Source of the DNA: Girardia tigrina
Lineage: Eukaryota
Direction of reading: 5' to 3'
NCBI GenBank assembly: GCA_001938485.1
Contig: MQRK01218924.1
Span: 73,017-137,016 of the forward strand
DNA: 64,000 bases
Below the pieces are notes generated by a model. The model was given only the letters and a program-made list of their open reading frames with translations, was not told the DNA's origin and made no database searches. Below are positions 12,489-25,359 of this stretch, piece after piece. The translations under genes and the position numbers were made by a program. Positions within the stretch are counted from its first letter, which is position 1, and every line of letters begins with the position of its first letter.

Positions 12489-14103
12489 TACTTAATTTAA
12501 TCATTTATTTGATGAGCTGACAAGGTAACACGCAATATATAATTTGATTAATTATGTTGGGTATTTATTTACATTTTCTAAATAAAAGATTTTAATTCTT
12601 TTCAAATATATTTAATTTATTTTCAGTGCTTATTAGGAAAAAAACTTATAAAAATTGAAATTCTTGTTGAAAAAGATAAAATTTTTTTCTTACAATTGTT
12701 TCGTACATTAGACAAACTACTATGTTATATATGCGATCATATTGGCTTACTTTAATTTTGAAAAGAATTTCTAAGTAACAAATGACAGATTTATCTCATT
12801 TTCTCTTAAAGCGCCTTTACTAATTCCAACTGTTATTATATTAATAATCTGTTAAGTCTGTAAAAACAACCATATTCCAATGTAAACGTGAATATAAAAT
12901 CCTATCGAACTGAATAAATATAATTTGAACAGCTGCAAATATAGATTCGTGTACCTCAATTTTCTTTCTAAAGCCAAAAATGAATAAATTATTTTCCATT
13001 TTATTTATATGTACCAAGGTTATTATTAGTATAAACAATAGCGATTATTTTAAAGCTCTGTTAATATTGTCAAAAATTCGATATTACCAAGACAGAAAAT
13101 TACTAAATAATTAAAATGTTTGCTTTTAACAAAATGATTTATTGTCTCTTAATTTTGAATAGAACGTTATATTAAAATCTGCGTACCGTTATGTAGATAT
13201 TTCGAATTGTTAATATATTCTTCAGGGATCTTGATTTTTTTTTAAATTTAAGAAGGTCCAATTAAGAAAATCATTTTTTCATTTATAAATTATAAAGTTG
13301 AATATTCAGTTCATTAATTAACAAACAACTCTTATGGGTAAATAATTTTAAGGAATATGATTTAAGCTTCATTTATTTTCCCATATCGTCAGTAATTGTT
13401 GTTCTCAACAATCCTTTCAATTGTAAAAATTTCAACCAAATGTTTATCTCAATCAATCTTTAACATTGATTCTATTGCTCATATTTCTTGGATTTCCTAA
13501 CAATACTCTGACAAATACATTCTAAAATTTTATATTTTAGATCGAATTTATGTAAAATAATTTTTCATAAACAGGTAAATAGTTCAACAGAACTTCGCGC
13601 GAGATAGTTTGCTAAGTTTGAAATATATCTTATGTCTAATTTTAGCAGATCCTTTCTTAATGAATTAAAGAACAAACCGTTTAAAACCGGTTCGAAATTT
13701 TTCCTATTTTTTTTCATTACATCACTTTTATTAAAAAATTTAACAATTAAATAATTTCTAATTATATTTTTTAAAAATTATAATCTATAATTTCAAGTTT
13801 TAAATTTAGTTAAATATTTAATTTCTATGGTATTATTTAGAATTTATTCAATTAAATGTTTAAGTTTTGTTATTCCGACAAATATTTCTTTAATAAAACA
13901 CATCTTCTAATCATTTATTGTGAAAAAGTGCTTATTGTTACAATTCGGTCGCTTTTTACACAATATAAATATACAAATGGCTGCAGGAGGGAGACACTTT
14001 GGAGGAAAATTTGTGTCAAATAGGGTTTTCTACAACTATTTGAAGTAATTGGGAATTATTAAATTCCATAATATCATGGATGCGGAAATTCTTGATTATA
14101 TTT

Positions 14104-14213
14104 CATGTCTTAATTTTAAATCCATCAATTCTCAAACTTTAAACATAAATAACCATAACCATGTCTTAATTTTAAATCCATCAATCCCCAAACTTTAACA
14201 TAAATAATCATAA
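14104..14213. repeat. Tandem duplication, two copies of ~56 bp
   Basis: catgtcttaattttaaatccatcaat... at 14104 and again at 14160. Confidence 0.85.
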
Positions 14214-14588
14214 ATATATTATCAACTGAGTTCGTAAAACACGTGGCTAGGCGTCCTCAAAATGAAAAAAAACATTATAACGCCATTATTAATAGTAAAA
14301 TGGGATTTTTTTGTGATTTTGAATTAAATATTCAGATTTACAAATTTTATTAAATTTATAGATTTAAATAATGTAAGAATATCATATTTATTTTTTATTA
14401 AATACCCACAAATAAATGAAATTTAAAATGATTATACATAAACAAAAATAATGTTATCTTTTTAATGAAAGACCTTGATCTTCCATATCCAATGATCCTG
14501 GAAGGTTCCAAATTACTAATTGAATCAATGATATTAGAAACACGAGAGATTGATTTATATATGGTAAATGTTTCGCATGAGTATAGAT

Positions 14589-14851
14589 CAGGGATGTCTA
14601 AAATTCGGTCCGTCGGCCAAAACCGTCATACAGACTGGTCCGCTAGTCCACAAAAAAATAAAGAAATATGCACTAAATAATGGTTCATTTTTCCACCAAG
14701 AACTAGCGGAGTTTGTTGGTATACCACTATTTAACTTTTTGTAGGTTTGATTATTCGAAAATTAATGACATGGTAAATATCCATGCGTGACCCATGATCA
14801 GTTATCGATTTCCGTAATTGGTCCATGAGCCTAAAACTTTAGAGACATCTA
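14589..14851. mobile_element. hAT (Charlie/Buster-type) MITE
   Basis: Perfect 8-bp TSD GTATAGAT at 14581-14588 and 14852-14859; ends cagggatgtc ... gacatcta. Confidence 0.75.
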
Positions 14852-15158
14852 GTATAGATGGATTCAAAAACGAATCAAAATGTATATTCATAGTATTATG
14901 CAGTTTAAAACCAAAGACATCAGATCGATTGCCTTGCTCTCGATTTACAATAAATCTTTAATATAACAAATATTTTTTAAAATAACACGATAATCATCAA
15001 TACAAAATTTGATTAGGTACTTTTACAAAATAAATGAAAGAAAAGTTATGAAATCCAAGTCTGTATTATATTTTATTATTTATTTGCATAATTTTAAAAT
15101 TTATTAATAACAAGTTTTAAAGTCAAATAAAACTTTTAAAAATTCTCATTCTGTTTAG

Positions 15159-15338
15159 GTGTTAGAAGAATGTATTGGCCAATGTACGTCTTCTGTTTTC
15201 ATTATAAAACCAGATAAATTTCTTGAGAAACAAAAAGCTCAAATGGCGAGCAGTAAATTTACATTCGACATTCAAATAGTCTCTGTTCATAATCTCTATC
15301 AAGAAATAGATCAGTCTCAATTAACAAATCATTTTGAT
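15159..15338 (+). CDS. trio: Trio-like exon a: C-terminal SEC14/CRAL-TRIO domain
   Basis: tttag|GTG...GAT|gtgagc. VLEECIG...FIIKPDKFLEKQKAQMASSKFTFD...IDQSQLTNHFD matches Trio/Kalirin IIKPDNFWQKQKTNFGSSKF...VDPSQLTEEFD. Confidence 0.93.
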
Positions 15339-15427
15339 GTGAGCTCTCATTTATATTTCGGACTAAAATTTCCGCCCTTTTTCTTTTATTAATGACAGAT
15401 CAATTTGATAAGCAAATTTATTTCTAG

Positions 15428-15616
15428 GGAACACTGCCTTATAGTAATGAGGAATGGATTGAAATTAGAATTTGTCTTGAAGACTTTTTCACAATGGCTC
15501 ATGATATGTCGGATAAATTTACTAGTCTATATAAATTTCTAGATCGTAAAGATATTCCGGAATCAGTCCAGGAATCTAAAAGGCGTGTGGAAGATCATAA
15601 ATCAGTTCGTCTAAAG
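15428..15616 (+). CDS. trio: Trio-like exon b
   Basis: tctag|GGA...AAG|gtgtga. GTLPYSNEEWIEIRICLEDFF...KDIPESVQESKRRVEDH (cf. GSLDYNHEEWIELR). Confidence 0.93.
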
Positions 15617-15683
15617 GTGTGATTTTCGATATGAAATTATTTTCTATTTCAATGATAAAAATTGAATTTCTTAAAATAATCAG

Positions 15684-15812
15684 ATAATCCAAGCACCTGT
15701 ACATATCCTAGAAGCAGAGGGGGATAAATTGGGGCACTGGTTACGTTATGGATTAAATGCTCAAAATCAAACTAGATCTTCATGGGTTGCAATGAATCCG
15801 GATTATCAACAA
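15684..15812 (+). CDS. trio: Trio-like exon c
   Basis: atcag|ATA...CAA|gtaaga. IIQAPVHILEAEGDKLGHWLRYG...NPDYQQ. Confidence 0.9.
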
Positions 15813-18661
15813 GTAAGAAAAAATGATGATTTTATTAAAGAATATCTATTAATTTAATTATTGTTTATCTGTTAATACTTCATAATACATAGTTTTCTAT
15901 CATATGATGTCATTTCTATATCTTTGTAAAATTAAAAATCTTTAAACGACTCAATAATAATCATATATTTGGTTTTGTTTCCATTTATTTTATCGATTGA
16001 TAATTAAATCTCATTTTAGATGCGATTAATAATAAAGTATAAAAAATATTCCGAATTGAAAACAATGTGACTTTTCGAAACAAAATGTTGATAATAAACA
16101 ATCAAAGCCGTAAATGGCAAAAAGGAAATACCTTTATTTCCATTATGTTTTGTATGAACTATTTGATATAAGTGGCTCCAATATTAATGTTTTTAGTTTC
16201 TTTTTTGGAAATTGATTTTCTAATTTATTAGGAAATGATATCTTTTTGGTGATTTCAGAAATAACAGTTTTTATCAAACAGTAGAAATCAAATAATTAAA
16301 TTATATATTATATAATGAAATTATATCCTATATTACAAAAACAATATAAGAGAATTTCGTCTGTGGTTTAGTGAATAATAAAATTTAAAAAATAAAAATA
16401 TTAAAAAAACAAATATAATTTGTAACAATCATTTTCTACAGACTTCAACTCCGCGTTATTATCGCTTTTCATTTATCATTTTATGCATTGAATGTGTGGG
16501 AATAATGTTTCCGTAAATATTCAGTAGGAATAATAATTATATTTACAACTGCAACTACTATTATCGTTATGTATTGAGCAATAAAGGTTACCATATTTAT
16601 GGCCATGAATGTTTATTTAATTTCAATTGAGATTTAATCCGTCTGCCAACTGAGGTTTGTCTTTATTTTTATTCAATTTCTTATTTATTAAGTTATTCGT
16701 TAGTATAATTGACATTACAAACATTTAGAGTGCATAGGGTTTTCGATTTATATATATCGAAAATGTTTGGATAAATTGAGATACATAAATGAATAGTTAT
16801 CTTAATTTTATCAAGTCATTATTAAATGAACGACGTTTCTTCTGTTAACTGTACTTATTAATCAGATTACTCTAATTATTCACGACTGCAATAACAATAA
16901 TCTTGAATTGTATGGTAATGATAATAATAATTCAAATAAATGACGACTGTGTTAATGTGTTGCAGCAATAGCAAAAGCAACAGTCATAGCCATGGGTTTA
17001 TAAATGCTTTATAAGACACTGTTTGTATTGTCGCGCATCTTCTTGACATTCAAGGATGGCTGTGGTACTCTTCTGTCTGTCAGACACTGCAGCCGCTCTC
17101 TTCTGTTGCTGCTGCTAGTCACTGTCATGTTTTTCTTGAAGTATATGAAGACGATGAATCATCAAATGACAATTATCATTTCTGAATTTTATTTCTCTTG
17201 CGATTTAACAGATATAATTTCAATTCTAAATTCATGACAATTTAATTTTAATTCAAATTTTAATCATTTTCCCTTCTTTGATTTCTAATGTTAAATGTTT
17301 TGGAATTATTTCCATTTTTTCTACTATAAATTGTTACGAATATTGTTACGTGTAATTTACTGACATGATTTGTACAAATTTGTTACATGGAAGTTTGTAA
17401 AAGAATGGAATGTATTAAATTTATTGATACGATTTTCAAATATTTTTTTTGTCTTTGATTCGGTATTTTAAAATACGACAGGTAAATTTATTTGAAATTT
17501 GTTTATATTACCTCGTTGAACAGGGAAAACTTGATTATCTGCCAATATCGGATGATGATCCTTAACCCGGCGAGTATTACATCGGCGAGCGATTCTGTTC
17601 AGTCTAATTGCTTGTTATCGCTACCCAACACTTGTATTCTTCGTTAAAAAGACAAAATATACATTATTTTTTCTACGTTTAATTTTTAACTCAAACCGAA
17701 TGAAGTGAAATTAAGAAAAGATTTTCCAAAGGAAAAAATCTTCATTTAATTTTAATGTTAGAATTTTTTAATCTATTTAGCAAAAATAATAATTAGAATG
17801 CTGTTTTGTATTAAAACTAATTTAAAACATATCAAACATCTGTATCATTTGAATCAACAAAATACTTTTTGTAATCAGTTAAATTTTATGTTTGTAGATT
17901 ATTTCTATTCACGAAAGGAATATACACTTTATTTGAGTATTTGTGAGTTTTAAACACAATTAGACCGAAATTTCAGATTCATGGGGTAGTAAAAGGACTA
18001 AACTTCAAAAAAATAATCAAACTTTCAGAAAATTACTCTTATGTTCAAACTTAAGGAAATATGTCATAGATTCACACATTATTTCCGTATTATATTTCAC
18101 TCATTTTCATAGTGTAAAGACGTTAAAAGATATCTTTAATAATAATCACACCAAAATTACATTCATGTAAAATTAAGGATGTATTAGATATTTATCGAAA
18201 GCCATACAAAAATCGTGCATCACAATTCACTTAACAACGTTTATGTATTCAATAAAATCAACCAAATTAATATTGACACTCGTCCGATACGTATTTTCTA
18301 TCTTTGATGATGATTGTTCCGATCACACTTTTAATGTTTTGACTAGACCATTTCATACTCTACAAAATACTCGTTCATACTCGTAATTAATACTCGTTCA
18401 AAATCAGTATCAAAGACATGATAATTTTCCAATATACTCAAAGTTTAGGTTATTTTTGAATAGAAGTTTTACTTAACATTTTTCTTTTCTAATATCCAGG
18501 GGTCATTTGCCTATTCATGTGATTGTCAGAAATTGAAAGTGCAATAATCTTTTTTCAATGTTATTCTTTTCAGTTTAATATGTTCAACTTTTCCTTATTG
18601 AAACTTTCACAATTCATTTTATGGATAAGGGAATAATATCATACCAAAAAAATTTTTGGTG

Positions 18662-19330
18662 TACAAGCTTTTATAATTTGTCATATATTTGCGGTTCTGT
18701 ATCTATTTCACCCACTTCCCACATTTTTTGACTGAATTATCAAAGCCTACTAGGCGAAAACCCACTTTCTATTTGCATTTAGATGTGGCAAATTTCAAAG
18801 CCTACTACTAAGGAAAACATGAGAACGACACTTTAATTACTTTTTTGCGGCCAAACTAAAGGCGGTAGATGAGCAGTGACAGTGAAAAAGTGTATTGTTA
18901 CCTAGAATACATCCATCCTGAAAGTTTCATGTCGCTAGGTGAATGGGAAGTGGATGAATTTTCGATCGCAAGATTTGATGCATCCAGACAGACAAACAAA
19001 TGAAACGTAATAAAAGCTNNNNNNNNNNNNNNNNNNNNNNNNNNNNNNNNNNNATTTGGTAGAGTTTGAATTTTATTCATGAAAATAAACAAAAAGATTG
19101 CTATGTAATACAGTGTATAAATTTGTAGATAATCGTAAGTGGTTTTTTTGCAAAATAAATTAAAAAAATATTTTTCTTCAAAAATTTTCAAGGAAAAGTG
19201 TATTGTCATCTAGAATACATCACTCCTGAAAATTTCAAGTCACCAGCACAACGGGAAGTGGGTGAAATTTCGATCGCAAGATTTGATCCATACAGACAAA
19301 CAAACAAATGAAACGTAATAAAAGCTTGTA
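18662..19330. mobile_element. Non-autonomous element with imperfect inverted ends and internal duplication (spans an N gap)
   Basis: tacaagcttttat...tttcacccacttccc at left vs gggaagtgggtgaaa...ataaaagcttgta at right. A ~130-bp unit occurs at ~18887-19018 and ~19195-19326. Confidence 0.6.
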
Positions 19331-19537
19331 AAAATTAGGATTTTATTATGCCCTTAAGATAACTAGTTATTCAATTTGTTTTAGAGCTATTTAGAATTAC
19401 ATTTTTGGATATTAAACTTTAAAAAACTATGATAAAATAGGCTTTAACTTTTATCTATTTAATTCGTGTAAATATATCAACATAGTTTTTTAATTAATAT
19501 TCTTTCATTAATAAAATTTCATCTCTAATTTTATCAG

Positions 19538-19747
19538 TTAATACCCCAAGTCAAAAAGACTGTTCAACAACTCTACGAATATAGAGCTCATCTTCAGCAC
19601 AAATGGGACGCTGGTCGAAGTCGATTAGAACAGATTTATCAATTGAGACTTTTTGAAGAAGATATTGGCCGGATGTCCGAATGGCTCAACCAGCAGCGCA
19701 TTTTGTTTCTCACGGAATACCATGACATCGGACAAACCGCTTCTCAG
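19538..19747 (+). CDS. trio: Trio-like exon d (spectrin repeat)
   Basis: atcag|TTA...CAG|gttttt. LIPQV...HLQHKWDAGRSRLEQIYQLRLFEEDIGRMSEWL...DIG. Confidence 0.93.
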
Positions 19748-20177
19748 GTTTTTATGCTACTTTTATTATACTCCTTAAGATAAGAAAAATGTTAAAAATA
19801 AAATACCTTTCCGAGATAAAACATGTAGAGTTTTTAAATCTTAAATAAACTCAAACCGTTTAATACGAATTATCAACGATATGCGAGGCTTTGCGTTATC
19901 TTTGCGATGTTTTTTAATTCTAACCATTTTAAAAATTTTTTCATGCAGTTTCATAAATTGTTATCAATAAACATATGATTTGGTTCCTTGGCAGTTGCTC
20001 AAAATACACACCTGTTGTACTTCTAAATCGACACCTTTTGATGTGTTTTGTGCTGGTTTGTTACACTTATTCTAAGATCGTGTTTTAATGATGTTACTTT
20101 AAATGAGCAATTGTCGATCACAGTGATGATTCTTTGCAAAAAAATCGGTTTTATTGCACTTTATGTACATATCACAT

Positions 20178-20252
20178 AGGTAAACTCCAGTTTACCTATA
20201 ATTTAACAACATACCGATTGGATTGAAACTCTTAAACGTAACACTGGGAATT
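20178..20252 (+). repeat. ~75-bp dispersed direct repeat, copy 1 (copy 2 at 21744-21818)
   Basis: aggtaaactccagtttacctataatttaa...cgattggattgaaactcttaaacgtaacactgggaatt is nearly identical in both places. Confidence 0.85.
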
Positions 20253-22504
20253 GTGTTATAATCTTTCAATTAAAAACATAACATTGAAAGAAGTACTTTG
20301 AACCACTACAACGCTTTCTGTGTGACGACCTAAATTTTTTCCGTTCTAACTCTAAAATAATTTATATAAATCGTAGGAAATTTTTTTTATCTATTAATAT
20401 TTTTGGGTTTTTATATTTGAGTGGGTTATTTTATTTACTTTCCCTACATTGTTACCCAGAATAGTTTGGGCTCGCAAACTAACCAAATTATAAAAATTTA
20501 ATTTTCTAAAAGTTTTGTAAGATTAATCGAATAGTTTATTTTGCGTGGGCATATAATTTAGATTGAAAAAATAAAATCAAAAGGTTTTTAAAAAAAGTTT
20601 CAATATAAAATAGATTGGATTAAAAAATATTCAATTTCTGATATCCATTTCTCTCTATATATAGGTTGGATATAAGTTATATAAAATAATAAGAAAATAA
20701 AAAAAAATATTTGTATTTAGAGCAGGTAATATACTTAAAATATCATTTGATCAAATATAGTATCAAACAAATATTATGAAATTATTAATACTTTTTGTTA
20801 TTGCAAACTATAAACTAATAAATAATAGATTTTAAAATGTATTTTAATTTAACATTCTGTTTTCACGTTTTGTTATATTTTCATTTTTAATAAAATTTTT
20901 AATTTGCACATGGTCGATTTAAGTAACTTAATTATGTATTTTTTACTTATTTTTTGTAATTATAATTACAGAAATAAAACATGTTACTCCATGGTATAAA
21001 ATGTTTGACAGTAACATTTTATAAGAATTTTTACTTTTACTGTTAACCTAACATCATTTACTCAAACTTTGAGGATTTTTGAATATACAAAGACAACTAA
21101 TAATCACTTTTATAATCGTATTTATCTCTTTAGGCCATTTTCTGGATCTAGCAGTCATACATAAAAAAATATAAACAGTCATTAACTTTGATGTAATGAT
21201 TAATAATCCAATAAAATTTTGACATTTTGAATTTATCTCTCATTCTTGCTTTTTCTAAAATAATATCTTAATTTTGTCATTGCCATGAAAACGATGATAT
21301 TAGAACTCTGGTAGACTATGGCCGCGTGCTGTGTTGACCCGGGGCCAGAACCTGCGGCACTCTGTCGGACGGATCCCGTACCGAGCTTTTATTAATGTTT
21401 TTCACATATTGAAGAAATTCAACATTTTACAAGTGCCAAGTCTTATCAGTTTATTTTAAAAAATATTCTAGTTGCTGAAAGATTATTAAATAACGATAAT
21501 TTATGTACATTTTAAAATGGAAAACAAATATAAAAATGTTAAAAATGAGTCATTTTGTAAATATAGAAAATTATTGATAGTTAACAACTACCATAGACTT
21601 TTTAAAGATTTGTTTCTGAAAGGAAATGTAAAAAGTATTATTGAATCTTAGTATTTATCACATTTTCTTTAAAACTATTTTCTTTTTAAACTTGAGTGTT
21701 TTGGTTCTTTTGCTGTATTGTATATCAATGTAATGTGACTAGCAGGTACACTCTAGTTTACCTATAATTTAAGAACATAGCGATTGGATTGAAACTCTTA
21801 AACGTAACACTGGGAATTTTATGCAGTATAATCAATACATTTGTTCAATCAAGCGTTTCTGATCAGAACTATAAATTATTACATTCGAATCGGAACCTGT
21901 TTCAATTATTTTTCATTCATAAATGATTTTATGTATTAACACATTTCAGTAATGAATTGTAACCTAGAAGAAGAAACATTAACTTGAACCTTTCTAATTA
22001 AGTTGTCCTTGTATAATATGCATTTATAATTGTTACAAGGCCTATGAAAGAAGATACTTTTAAGGTTCATAGTTCTGAAAATTAGGGCTACATTAATAAA
22101 TAATTTAGATATAATTTATTAACGTTGATAATATTTTTTTCAGAAACATTAATTTTAAATTGAATGAGTATACACTTAATTTCGCTTTTTGGCAAAAGAA
22201 ACACCAATTTCAGTTTTGATTTAAAAGCACATTTTGACTCGTTATCGAGAATTAATTAATTTCCTTTAATCGTAGTCGAATTCGCCTGATTTTCAATATC
22301 ACTAAAGTTCATTTTCAATTTTCAGTGTTTTATTTTTTAAAATGAATTTGCACCACATTAGGATAGTTACTTGTAATGCATATATTTATCTGCATAATTC
22401 TCTTCTACTTGTGCTATTTTAAGGAAATTGTGTTACATTATGGGTTGCGTAACTTACATAATAAGTGTTCTTTACCATAATTGTATATTTATGTTATTTA
22501 TATG

Positions 22505-22559
22505 CTAGAGTGCGGCCTGTAGCCCGCCCGTGCCAATGTCCGTACGGGCCGCAACCTAG
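22505..22559. repeat. GC-rich imperfect palindrome bounded by CTAG (Helitron-end-like)
   Basis: ctagagtgcggcctgta ... gtacgggccgcaacctag|t, with internal hairpin gcccgtgc/gtacgggc ending 6 nt before CTAG. Confidence 0.5.
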
Positions 22560-22610
22560 TTTATATACTTAACCTTATATAATTATGTTACTTATGAGTA
22601 CACTCGTCTT

Positions 22611-22647
<37 letters not shown>

Positions 22648-23289
22648 ATGAATATACTCATTAACCTGGTTTTAGATGTTATATACAATTACGATATTAT
22701 TCCTTCAACCTTATTCACCAGAAATATTTTTCGGGAACATGAATTTTATTTCCAATGATGTACAAAATAATCGGTTAAACAGGTTACATAGTATTTGATT
22801 AATTAATTCTACAAAGTTCTATTTTGAAAAAAATGGCTGGAATGTGTTAAAAATTGGAGTCGTAAATGAACACTGAGACGTACTGTTGATTTTATAAAGT
22901 TTTTTCCATTCTTTTTATTAACTTACTTTCTATATACATGGAATTTAGAAAACTATTTTCGAATTTTAAAAACTTTGTTGGCAAATTAGAGTTCTGTCTG
23001 CATAAAGAATGTATATAAAAAATTTAATTTTTTGATTTACTAATTTCTCATCGTTTTATACTTTACAGTAGTAATTTACAAACTTCAGTTAATGAAATAA
23101 ATTTTTCATACCAAATAAAATGAATTTATTTTTTCTAACGCAAACCATTTTGGAGCTGGGAAGACTATTATTTACAAACTAGCTTTTAATTTATTCATCT
23201 AAATAATAATTCAAGGGATAAGTATCTAAGAAAGAAATTGTAATCAAAATAATAAATAAGAATTAATAAAAACAAAAAATTTCATGCAG

Positions 23290-23427
23290 GCAGCGGATCT
23301 GTATGCAGAACACCGACAATTTTTGGTGAATTGTAGCGATGTTCGGGAACAGGTTTCTCGGCTGACCGGAGTGGCGAACATGCTCGCCGACACAGGGCAT
23401 TTCGCCAGCCAACAGATACAAGTTCAA
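23290..23427 (+). CDS. trio: Trio-like exon e (spectrin repeat)
   Basis: tgcag|GCA...CAA|gtgagt. AADLYAEHRQFLVNC...VANMLADTGHFASQQIQVQ. Confidence 0.93.
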
Positions 23428-24204
23428 GTGAGTCTCTAATCTGATTTTTATATAAATATTATTATAGTAATAATCTTTTTCATTTAATATTTAATATAAA
23501 CTTTCTACCAAATCTTTGATATTAACTTTAAATCAGTATCAATTAAAACAGTACAAAAGTCATTGTAGACCTGTAATTTAACTATGTCAACAAAATGTCT
23601 CCAATTAAATATTAATTTTATGTAGCCTTTGGACTTCTATCATCATATGTGTATACTTTCTTTAATGCACTTATCTATGAGATTTATAAACTTTCAAAGT
23701 GTATTATTTCATACCTCATTTATATTACATAATCCATGACATTTATTCAACAGTTAACAGTTTAAATATATAATACTTCAATATTACTGGGTGATCTTTG
23801 AGTTACCATTTCTAGCCGCTGTGGACCACAGTTTCAACAAGCTAAAGATGTATGCATTTTAAACATTAAAAATGTATATTTATTATATTTCCTTAATTTA
23901 TTGATTAATAATAATAATAATAATAATAATAATTTGACCGTGTCCGAGAATCTTTGGTCTTTTGTTTACGATAAATAAACCATAATTTATTATTACTAAC
24001 ATAAATTTCATTCTTGTAACAAATTATTTATACACAATGTGAAACTTAGCGTAAACATATTTAATTATTAAAATTTATACCTTTACTTAATATACCTTAT
24101 TTCAATACATAAATTAAATTTTAAAATTATTTCAATTGTTTTTAATTAAATTATTTTATTTCAAAATAAGTTTTTATTTTAAATTAAATATTTCAAATTG
24201 TGTT

Positions 24205-25359
24205 TACCATTTTTTTCAAATTGGGCATTTTTTTACTACTTACAAATTTAATAAATTTGTTTAAATATTAAATAAAAATCTATATTATTGTAAATCCATG
24301 GAAGATCAACCAACAGAAAAAACTCAAAATAACTGCCCAAATAAATACAGTAGCGTGTCTAATGAGAAAAGGCTTAGTCTTATCAGGCTAGTCGAAGATC
24401 TTGTGCATTCGATTAAAGAAGCATCATCAATTTTGGAGATAAATGCAAGCACTGCTCGAAATATCGTAAGGGAGAAACTAACCGAAAATAGAGTATTAAA
24501 GAAAAATGCTTGAGGTGTACGTATAGTTGTTATGAATCCTGAGATTTTATTGAAAATCGAAGAATTATTATCGGAAAATAATTTAACAACTTTAAAAAAG
24601 TTACAATTAAAAATTACTCAATCATTTAATGTAAAAATTTCTTTATCTACAATCAATAAAGGAATTGGTGATATTGGGATTACAAGGAAGCTCAGACACA
24701 AATAATTTGATAGGGTAAAAATGCTGCCAGAAGCATTGATCTTAGAAGAGAATACGCTTTGTGGTTTAATAACTACTTTGAATCTAACTTTTCAAAGATT
24801 TATTATAATGACGAATCTTCTTTTAATCTTCATATGGTAGATACAAAAAAGGAACAAAAGTTAATTCCTTGTTGCTTACAAGTCGAGGTAGAGCAATGTC
24901 TTTGATTGCCGCTATGTCGATGAAGAAAATGAATTATTGTAAAGTGATTAGCAATACCACTGAAAATTCTAATGTTTTTGAAGAGTATTTAGAAGAGCTC
25001 TGCAATCATGTTTTAAATGTTGAAAAAATACATAATAATAATACATGTTGAATCCGATTGAAAATGAATTTTCAAAAATAAAATCTGGTATTCGAGCTAA
25101 ATTGACTGATAATATTAACATTAATTTGCCTGAAATGATTATGAATGAAGTTAGTCAAATAACAGAAAGTGACTGTTTGGGATACTTTAGATACATAGCC
25201 AGAAATATTAAAAATTCGGCAGCTGGAACACCTTAAGTTCATAAATAAATTATTAATTGCAATTTTCTTTCTTTAAAAGTATATTAAAAATTTTTGTCTA
25301 ATTTGAAAAAAAATTTGTCCAATGTGAAAAAAAATTTGTTCAATTTGAAAAAAATGGTG
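24205..25359 (+). mobile_element. Tc1/IS630-like DDE transposon, internally deleted and degenerate
   Basis: Inverted ends accatttttttcaaattg / caatttgaaaaaaatggtg|TA. HTH (SIKEASSILEINASTARNIV), YNDESSFNL and LNPIENEFSKIK motifs in broken frames. Confidence 0.8.

Noticed and set aside
16940-17237. ORF 17004-17237 and nearby GC-richer tract as an exon or gene
   Set aside because: No recognisable domain; exons c and d join in frame without it.
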